64,000 nucleotides of DNA from Rhizomicrobium sp. GTDB taxonomy: Bacteria > Pseudomonadota > Alphaproteobacteria > Micropepsales > Micropepsaceae. This document shows positions 28,978 through 35,835 of the stretch, piece after piece; the stretch's first letter is position 1; each line of letters starts with the position of its first letter. The position numbers were made by a program, and so were the translations under genes. The stretch is taken from assembly GCA_036511745.1 (NCBI GenBank), contig DATCBQ010000126.1:2780-66779 (forward strand), in the 5' to 3' direction. The notes under the pieces were generated by a model. That model ran no database searches. It was not told the DNA's origin and worked only from the letters and a program-made list of their open reading frames with translations.

Positions 28978-29748
28978 TTGCAGTTGCGATTGCTGGCGGC
29001 CACGCTGCCGCTCTTGGTGTGCGCGTTTGCATCGGCGAACGCGCAGACCGCCGACGATCTTGTTGCGAAGAATCTCGCTGCGCGAGGCGGCGCCGACAGG
29101 ATTGCCGCCATTCACGCACTTGTGACCACCGGCGAACTGCGGTTTCCCGGCGATTTCAAGCTCGCCTACAAGGAAACGCGCGACCGGGTAGACCCGAGCG
29201 GCAACTGCGCCGGTCGCGTCGATGCCGCCTTGCAGGGGCTTACTGTTGTGCAGGCCTATGACGGCAAGGACGGCTGGCGCATCAATCCCTTCGAAGGCCG
29301 CAAGGATGCCGAACGGATGGGCGCGGATGAATCCCGCGAGCTCGCCGACGAAGTATCCATCGATGGCGCGCTTGTCGCTGCTCATGCCAGAGGCTCGCAG
29401 GTCGATTATCTCGGTCGCGAAGACGTCGATGGAACCGAAGCCTATAAGCTGCGCGTGACGCAGCGCGACGGCACGGTCTTCACCTATTTCCTCGATCCCG
29501 ACGCCTTTCTGGAAATCAAGATACTCGAGCGTCGCACGATCAGAGGCGCGGAAAAGGAAACGGAGACCGATCTCGGAGACTACGAGCAGGTCGCGGGCGT
29601 GTACTTCCCGTTCTCGATCGCTTCCGGGCCGAAAGACTCGGCCGCCAGCGACAAGCAGGTGATTACGATCGCGTCCGCGCAGGCCAACACGCAGATTCCG
29701 CCGACGCTCTTTGCAATGCCGCCTTCGCCTGCCGCACCGCCCAAATGA
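28978..29748 (+). CDS. LolA-like / outer-membrane lipoprotein-sorting family secreted protein
   Basis: I propose the TTG start at 28978 (GAAGGGA lies 6 nt upstream), which gives the signal peptide MQLRLLAATLPLLVCAFASANAQ. The upstream part of the track ORF is antisense to the previous gene. The family assignment is from overall resemblance only. Confidence 0.5.
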   Translation: MQLRLLAATLPLLVCAFASANAQTADDLVAKNLAARGGADRIAAIHALVTTGELRFPGDFKLAYKETRDRVDPSGNCAGRVDAALQGLTVVQAYDGKDGWRINPFEGRKDAERMGADESRELADEVSIDGALVAAHARGSQVDYLGREDVDGTEAYKLRVTQRDGTVFTYFLDPDAFLEIKILERRTIRGAEKETETDLGDYEQVAGVYFPFSIASGPKDSAASDKQVITIASAQANTQIPPTLFAMPPSPAAPPK

Positions 29749-29845
29749 ACCCCGGCGGCGGATCGCGCCGGAATGCCGATCATTCCATCCTCACCTTGAG
29801 GTGGAGAATTTTGTCCGATTTACAAATTATGGACGGTGAATTTCC

Positions 29846-32800
29846 ATGCCTCTGAATCGCTACTCCTTCCTCCTCGCCCTTGTGTCATGCGTAGCGGCGC
29901 TACCGGCCGCGGCACAAAGCATCGAAAGCGCGACGATCTCCGGGCTTGGCGTGCGCAACATCGGATCGGCCGCGATGAGCGGGCGCGTGTCCGCGGTTGC
30001 AGCGCGGGCCGAGAAGGACGGCAAGGTGACGATCTTCGTCGGCGCGGCGTCGGGCGGCGTCTGGAAGTCGCAGGATGGCGGCACGAGTTTCAAGCCGGTG
30101 TTCGATCGCGAGCCCGTGCAATCCATCGGAGCGATCGCGCTCGATCCCACAAACCCGAATGTCGTCTGGGTGGGGACGGGCGAAAGCTGGACGCGCAATT
30201 CCGTCTCGATCGGCGACGGCATCTACAAGTCGACCGATGGGGGCGAGACCTGGACGAACATGGGTCTGCCGCATTCGGAACGGATCACGCGCATTTCCGT
30301 CGATCCCCGTAACGGCAACACCGTGTACGCCTGCGTTCCCGGCAAGCTGTTCGCCGATAGCGCCGAGCGCGGTCTCTACAAGACGACCGACGGGGGAAAC
30401 ACCTGGTCGCTGATGCTCAGGGGCGGCAATCTTTCCACGGGCTGCTCCTCCGTCACGCTGAACCCGAAAAACCCCGACGAGCTCTACGCCGGCATGTGGG
30501 ATTTCCGGCGCAAAGGCTGGACGTTCCGCTCCGGTGGCGACGGACCGGATGCGCCGTCCGCGAGCGGGCTGTTTCATTCGACAGACGGCGGCGCCAACTG
30601 GAGCGCCATGACGGCCGCAACCAGCAAGGGCCTCCCGGCAACGCCCTGGGGCCGCGTCGAGGTTGTTTACGCCCCGTCGAATCCGAACCGCGTCTATGCC
30701 TTCATCGAAAATGTGCGTTCCGCGCTCTATGTCTCCGACGACGGCGGTTCGACCTGGGACGAACGCGACCGCAGCCGTAACATGGTGTGGCGCCCGTTCT
30801 ATTTCGCCCGCATGGTCGTCGATCCGACAAATCCCGATCGTCTTTTCAAGATGAATCTGCATCTGATCGCTTCGGAAGACGGCGGCAAGAGCTTCACCGA
30901 TGCAACGGGCGGCAGTCACGGCGACTGGCACGACGTATGGATCGATCCGACCAATCCCAAACATGTCATCGGGGGCGACGACGGCGGATTGTGGATCTCC
31001 TACGACGGCGGCGTGAAATGGTGGAAAAGCGAAAATCTTCCCATCAGCCAGTTTTATCATGTGAGCGTCGACGACAAGGACCCGTTCCAGGTCTATGGCG
31101 GCCTGCAGGACAACTCGGCCTGGGTCGGCGACAGCGCCTATCCCGGCGGGGTGACCAACAGCCGCTGGGAGAATCTGTTCAACGGCGACGGCTTTTTCGC
31201 CTTCCCAGATCCGGCCGATTCCAACTTCGCCTACGCCGAATATCAGGGCGGCTTCATCGGGCGCATCAACCGAAAGACGCTCGAGCAGCGCGATATCCAG
31301 CCCAAGGCCAACTACCACGAGAAGCTGCGCTTCAACTGGAATACGCCGATGGCGCTTTCGCCCAATGCGAAGGGGACAATCTACATCGGCTCGCAGTTCC
31401 TCTTCCGCTCGAAGGATCACGGCTTTACCTGGGACCGGATCTCGCCGGACCTCACGACCAACGATCCCGAGATGCAAAAGCAGGAAGAATCGGGCGGCAT
31501 CACGGTCGACAATTCCGCCGCCGAAACGCACACGACGATCTATTCGATCTCGGAAAGCCCGAAGAGTCCAAAGGTGATCTGGGTCGGGACCGACGACGGC
31601 AATGTCCAGGTGACGCGCGATGGCGCGAAGTCGTGGACGAATACCGTTGCCAATGTGCCCGGCCTTCCCGCCGGCAATTGGATCAGCTGGGTCGAGGCGA
31701 GCCGCTACGATCCCGCCACCGCCTATATTGCCGTCGATCGTCACACCTTCGGCGACATGGGACCGTATATTTATCGCACCCGCGATTATGGCCGCTCCTG
31801 GACCCCGCTGGTCACGCCGGCGACGCAGAGCGTGCGCGGTTATGCCCATGTGGTGAAGGAAGATCCGAAATCGCCGCATATCTTGTACGTAGGAACCGAA
31901 TTCGGCCTCTTTGTTTCGCTCGATGATGGCGCGAGCTGGGCCCAATTCCATCCCAACAATTTTCCGTCCGTCGCCGTACGCGACCTCGCCTTTCAGACCC
32001 GCGACGACGATCTCGTCATGGCCACGCACGGCCGCGGCATCTGGATTGTCGATGATTTGTCACCGCTGCGCGCGCTGCATCCCTCCACCGTCGAGACCGA
32101 AGCGACGTTGATTCCGGGCCCGAAAGCCCAACAACGCATCGAGGGCAATGGCGGCTGGGCAAACGGCGACGCCAGCTATTCGGGCCAAAATCCGCCCGAT
32201 GGCGCCGTCATCACGTATTTTCAGAAGACGCGCCAAGTGATCGGACGGTTGAAGCTCGACATTCTCGATCAGAAGGGGAATCTGGTCACGAGCCTTCCGG
32301 CTTCCAACCGCAAGGGCCTCAACCGCGTCGTATGGTCGATGCACGACGATCCGCCGCAGACGCCCCCGGGCGCCACGCTGGTGTTCAATTCCGTGATCGG
32401 GCCGCGCGTGCCACCGGGCGTCTATACAGTCCGCCTCACGAAAGGCACTCGCAGCTACACGATGCCGCTGGAGATCGGGCTCGACCGCCGCGCCACCTTC
32501 ACGATTGCCGACCGCAACGCGCAATACGATGCGGCCAAGCGGGTATCGGCCCTCTTCGGCCGCATGAGCCAGCTAACAGCCAAAATTGTCCAGGTGCGGG
32601 AAGAAGCGCGCGCCCGTGCCGCGTCATTGCCGGAAAACGACGCCTTGCGCGGTTCGTTGCTGAAAATTGCCGGCGATGCCGACGATCTGCGCAAGCTGAT
32701 CGTCGCCACGAAGGAAGGTGGGGCGATCACCGGCGAAGAGCGCCTGCGCGAGCATCTGGACTATGTCTACGGCGCCATCATGTCGGTCGAGAGCCGCCCG

Positions 32801-33070
32801 ACGCCCTACCAGCTTGCGCGTGTGGACGCGCTCGAACACGAGCTCAAGGACGTTGAGAACTCCTTCGCCGCACTGCAGCGCGACAAGCTTGCGCCTCTCG
32901 ACAGCGAACTGAAGGCGAAGGGCATCCAGCAATTCGGGCTGAACGATCCCGTGCTGCCCGAGAGCGGCGGCGGCGGCCGTGTCGAGGCGGCGGCATCAGG
33001 GCTTGTGGGACTGCGCCTGCTCGACTTGTCCGCGTTGAAGAGCACACAGGACCGCGACGAACGGGATTGA
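29846..33070 (+). CDS. BNR/Asp-box repeat, sortilin/VPS10- or GH74-like double beta-propeller protein
   Basis: 1074 aa with a signal peptide and at least 9 Asp-box motifs (STDGGETWT, TTDGGNTWS, STDGGANWS, SDDGGSTWD, SYDGGVKWW, TRDGAKSWT, TRDYGRSWT, LDDGASWA). Confidence 0.75.
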   Translation: MPLNRYSFLLALVSCVAALPAAAQSIESATISGLGVRNIGSAAMSGRVSAVAARAEKDGKVTIFVGAASGGVWKSQDGGTSFKPVFDREPVQSIGAIALDPTNPNVVWVGTGESWTRNSVSIGDGIYKSTDGGETWTNMGLPHSERITRISVDPRNGNTVYACVPGKLFADSAERGLYKTTDGGNTWSLMLRGGNLSTGCSSVTLNPKNPDELYAGMWDFRRKGWTFRSGGDGPDAPSASGLFHSTDGGANWSAMTAATSKGLPATPWGRVEVVYAPSNPNRVYAFIENVRSALYVSDDGGSTWDERDRSRNMVWRPFYFARMVVDPTNPDRLFKMNLHLIASEDGGKSFTDATGGSHGDWHDVWIDPTNPKHVIGGDDGGLWISYDGGVKWWKSENLPISQFYHVSVDDKDPFQVYGGLQDNSAWVGDSAYPGGVTNSRWENLFNGDGFFAFPDPADSNFAYAEYQGGFIGRINRKTLEQRDIQPKANYHEKLRFNWNTPMALSPNAKGTIYIGSQFLFRSKDHGFTWDRISPDLTTNDPEMQKQEESGGITVDNSAAETHTTIYSISESPKSPKVIWVGTDDGNVQVTRDGAKSWTNTVANVPGLPAGNWISWVEASRYDPATAYIAVDRHTFGDMGPYIYRTRDYGRSWTPLVTPATQSVRGYAHVVKEDPKSPHILYVGTEFGLFVSLDDGASWAQFHPNNFPSVAVRDLAFQTRDDDLVMATHGRGIWIVDDLSPLRALHPSTVETEATLIPGPKAQQRIEGNGGWANGDASYSGQNPPDGAVITYFQKTRQVIGRLKLDILDQKGNLVTSLPASNRKGLNRVVWSMHDDPPQTPPGATLVFNSVIGPRVPPGVYTVRLTKGTRSYTMPLEIGLDRRATFTIADRNAQYDAAKRVSALFGRMSQLTAKIVQVREEARARAASLPENDALRGSLLKIAGDADDLRKLIVATKEGGAITGEERLREHLDYVYGAIMSVESRPTPYQLARVDALEHELKDVENSFAALQRDKLAPLDSELKAKGIQQFGLNDPVLPESGGGGRVEAAASGLVGLRLLDLSALKSTQDRDERD

Positions 33071-33346
33071 GGTATTGGGGTCGCGGGTCGTACTGGGACC
33101 GCGCGCGGTCTGTAGAATTGCGAGCCGGAGCTCCGGGATCGTGGCTCCTGTCACGATACTCACGCGATACCAGTTCTGGCTCATTTCAACGCACAAGAGT
33201 GCATGTCGTTGTGCTCGTGAACTGAAAGTAGCCAGTATCGATTGCCAGTGTCGATGTGATTCCGGTGCAAGCTGTTGGCGGATTCCATCGTCACGCGGCG
33301 CCCGGAGCGCACTCATTCTCGCCCCCCCCCGATATTCAAACACCTT

Positions 33347-33613
33347 TCAATAGTGGTATCGGCACGCTGCGATTTCGAGCTGTTGCGCAGGTCCTTTGCC
33401 CGACACGCGATAGACAAGGCGATGATCGCCGGTTATGCGCCTCGACCACCAACCTGCAAGATCGCCCTTCAGCGGCTCGGGCCTGCCAATGCCCTTGAAG
33501 GGACTGCGGCGTGCATCCTTGATGAGGTCGTTGATCCGGCGCACGATGCCGGCGTCGGTGTTCTGCCAATAAAGATAATCGTCCCACCCGTCGGCTGTCC
33601 AAAGCAGCTTCAT
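33347..33613 (-). CDS. yoeB: type II toxin, YoeB/Txe family mRNA interferase
   Basis: 88 aa: MKLLWTADGWDDYLYWQ...GIGRPEPLKGDLAGWWSRRITGDHRLVYRV...IAACRYHY, with the conserved C-terminal RYHY. Confidence 0.9.
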   Translation of the reverse strand: MKLLWTADGWDDYLYWQNTDAGIVRRINDLIKDARRSPFKGIGRPEPLKGDLAGWWSRRITGDHRLVYRVSGKGPAQQLEIAACRYHY

Positions 33614-33617
33614 CCGG

Positions 33618-33866
33618 CTATCGAACGTCGCGCTCGGCCAGCCTGCCCGCGTCTGCACTGCGGATCGATCGCAGAAGGCGCCTGGCGTTCGCAGGGCTCT
33701 TCAGGAGATGAAGCGTCTCCACCATGCTTTCGTATTCCGCCTCGGAGAGAATAACGACCGGCCTCGCATTCTGCCGGGTGACGCGCAGCGGCGCGCGGCT
33801 CTCCCACACCTTGTCCATGTATTCGGCGAGGCGTTGGCGGAACTCGGTGTACGAAACATGACCCAT
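33618..33866 (-). CDS. yefM: type II antitoxin, YefM/Phd family
   Basis: 82 aa: VSYTEFRQRLAEYMDKV...PLRVTRQNARPVVILSEAEYESMVETLHLL. Its stop lies 4 nt before the yoeB start. Confidence 0.9.
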   Translation of the reverse strand: MGHVSYTEFRQRLAEYMDKVWESRAPLRVTRQNARPVVILSEAEYESMVETLHLLKSPANARRLLRSIRSADAGRLAERDVR

Positions 33867-33898
33867 GTTCAGCTGCTCGATCCTCAGGTTGCCACGCC

Positions 33899-33927
33899 GA
33901 TTAAGTACATGTACAGATTTCTGTCAA
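33899..33927 (-). promoter_or_regulatory. yefM-yoeB promoter with an embedded palindromic operator
   Basis: On the coding strand: TTGACA (33922-33927), a 17-nt spacer, then TTAATC (33899-33904). The spacer contains the perfect palindrome GTACATGTAC (33905-33914), which includes the TGTACA core described for E. coli yefM-yoeB operators. Confidence 0.5.
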
Positions 33928-33964
33928 TGAGGTTGCAGCAAGTCTAAGAAAATTTCGTTGCCGC

Positions 33965-34789
33965 TCACGCTGCCAGCAGCCACACACCGGCCACGATTGC
34001 GGCAACACCCGCCACACGCGAGAGCATGTGGCCGCCGGGCATCACTTTCTCCGCCAGCACGAAGATCATCAGTGCCGCGATCCAGAGAAGATTCATCACC
34101 CCGGCCACGAAGAGGAGCGCCATCAGCGCGGCGCAGCAGCCGATGCAATAGGCGCCGTGCAGGACGCCGAGCCGCAGCGATCCCGATATTCCGGGCTTGA
34201 AGCCGCCATGGGCTTGCACGAACGACAGCGGTGCGCGGCATTGCGCGAGACAGGACTCCTTGAACGGTGTCCATTGATAGAGGCCCGCGGCAATGAGCAC
34301 CGCCGCGCCGAACACGCTGTTCGATACCGCCATCATCGGCGTCATCAGCGCGAGCCGCTCGAGACCGTATTGCGTGGCCGTCGCTGCGAGCGCGAATGCG
34401 GTCCAGCTCAGGAGATAACCGGCGGCGAACCAGCACGCCGGCGCGAAATCGCGCCCCAGCGTGTGCGCCTGCCGCGCAACCTGGCCGTAGATCAGGATCA
34501 TCGGAGAGGCCGACGGGGTCATCATGCCGACCATCATCACGGACCACATCGCGAACATGAAAAAGAAATGCGATTGTGTCCAGGGCAACAACACGGGCGC
34601 CATGGCGTGTATGTCCATGCCCGCCATCGAAGCCATGCCGGGCATGGGCGCATTCATCGATGCATTCATCCGCACCGCCAGCCATGCGAGATCCGCCCAC
34701 GCGAGCAACGCCAGCATCAACAATGCTGACGCGACGATCCAGTTCTCGCGCTTGAGGATCGCGGACAGCGCCCCATCGCGCGATGTCAC
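33965..34789 (-). CDS. DUF2182 predicted metal-binding integral membrane protein
   Basis: 274 aa with multiple TM segments and a Met-rich loop, MNASMNAPMPGMASMAGMDIHAM. The GTG start overlaps the DUF1326 stop (GTGA). Confidence 0.8.
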   Translation of the reverse strand: MTSRDGALSAILKRENWIVASALLMLALLAWADLAWLAVRMNASMNAPMPGMASMAGMDIHAMAPVLLPWTQSHFFFMFAMWSVMMVGMMTPSASPMILIYGQVARQAHTLGRDFAPACWFAAGYLLSWTAFALAATATQYGLERLALMTPMMAVSNSVFGAAVLIAAGLYQWTPFKESCLAQCRAPLSFVQAHGGFKPGISGSLRLGVLHGAYCIGCCAALMALLFVAGVMNLLWIAALMIFVLAEKVMPGGHMLSRVAGVAAIVAGVWLLAA

Positions 34790-35418
34790 CGCGCGATGCC
34801 GTCCTGGCAGAGATGAAGCTGGGCAAACTGGCCATAGGAATCGGCGAGGTCGAACCTGATCGGGCCCTCGGCCTTCGACCAGCCCCGCCCCATTTCGGCC
34901 AGCGTGTATTCGAATCCGTTGGGCAAATCGATGCGTCCGCGAAACTCCGCCCCGCTGACCGGATTGATGATCGGCTCGCCGCGCTGCTCAATATAGCCGG
35001 GCACCTTCATGCGGGCGCGACGCTTCTCCACATCGACCTCCAGTTCGATGTCCGCGAAGACCGGCGCATGAACCTTGGCGAATGTTGCAGCGAACACGCT
35101 GAAAATGGTGGCGCCGGGCGCGGTATCCTGTCCGCTCATGATCCTGAGTATCGCGTCGCGCTGGGCTTCCGTCGCGCGGCGATCCACGACAGGAAACGCT
35201 TCCCCTTTCCCGTGATGAATGGGACCTGGCCACGCAAAGACGCCCGCAAAGCGCAAACCGTCGAGCTGCGTTTCGCCATGATGACCCTTGTCGATCTGCA
35301 CACCTACGACTGCCTGGCAATCGCCGTGCGTTGGAAGCGCGTTGAACTGGCACGGGCAACCATAGGCGCAATTGCAATTGGTGAATTCGCGGCCGTGAAT
35401 CGTCCACTTTACGCTCAT
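34786..35418 (-). CDS. DUF1326 domain protein
   Basis: MSVKWTIHGREFTNCNCAYGCPCQFNALPTHGDCQ is the N-terminal Cys cluster characteristic of DUF1326. The ATG at 35416-35418 follows GGGAGGG; the longer track ORF is not credible. Confidence 0.8.
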   Translation of the reverse strand: MSVKWTIHGREFTNCNCAYGCPCQFNALPTHGDCQAVVGVQIDKGHHGETQLDGLRFAGVFAWPGPIHHGKGEAFPVVDRRATEAQRDAILRIMSGQDTAPGATIFSVFAATFAKVHAPVFADIELEVDVEKRRARMKVPGYIEQRGEPIINPVSGAEFRGRIDLPNGFEYTLAEMGRGWSKAEGPIRFDLADSYGQFAQLHLCQDGIAR

Positions 35419-35676
35419 CGTACCCTCCCGAAGGACATAACGGTTTGCAGAGAAGCCAAATCTGCCGACCAATGGAGCACCATAACAAGAAAAGCCGCAA
35501 ACGTCGCCAGCGGCGCGATAGGCTGCTCCGACCGGTGCGGCTGCGCGGTCTCGCGGATGCGGGCTGCCCGGCGCGACTGCAAAGTGCCCGCGCTGGGTCA
35601 AGGCGGATGCTGCCCTCGCGCGGTTAATTTTTTTCAATGTCGTTGAATCGCCGTGCGGCGGACATATCTCAATGGC

Positions 35677-35812
35677 GTTGCCGGTCCTCCCCTGGCTGGC
35701 AACAGCGACGAAGCGAAAGCCTCGTCAGCCTCCCGTCCGCCCCCTCGGACGCAAAGGCACCCAAGTAGAATGCCTGCGGCCGGAGCGCTCCCTCGCTCCG
35801 GTCGTTTTTTTT
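35677..35812 (+). ncRNA. candidate ~136-nt trans-acting sRNA with C/U-rich loops
   Basis: Hand-folded. Hairpin 1 spans 35677-35703 (8 bp, loop UCCUCCCCUGG). Hairpin 2 spans 35707-35726 (GAAA tetraloop). Hairpin 3 spans 35734-35751 (loop CCCCCU, preceded by GCCUCC). The terminator hairpin has loop CUCCCU plus U8. A weak promoter, TTGAAT-N16-TATCTC (35643-35670), lies upstream. No credible ORF. The element runs opposite to both flanking genes. Confidence 0.35.
35776..35812 (+). terminator. Rho-independent terminator, plus-strand orientation
   Basis: Stem CCGGAGCG / CGCTCCGG (extendable to about 12 bp with G-U pairs), a 6-nt loop, then a T8 run at 35805-35812. The run of Ts lies only on the plus-strand side. 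Confidence 0.6.
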
Positions 35813-35835
35813 GGTCAATTCCGCGGGTTTGGCGG

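Noticed and set aside
29900-32029. 709-aa minus-strand ORF
   Set aside because: It is antisense to the Asp-box propeller gene, is Arg/Gly-rich and has no motifs.
33322-33330. C9 homopolymer as a phase-variation switch
   Set aside because: It lies 17 nt downstream of the yoeB stop in non-coding DNA, not in a promoter spacer or a reading frame, so no plausible ON/OFF consequence follows.
33924-34991. 355-aa and other long ORFs overlapping the DUF2182/DUF1326 genes
   Set aside because: They are alternative frames or strands of two genes with clear family motifs, and they are Arg-rich shadow translations.
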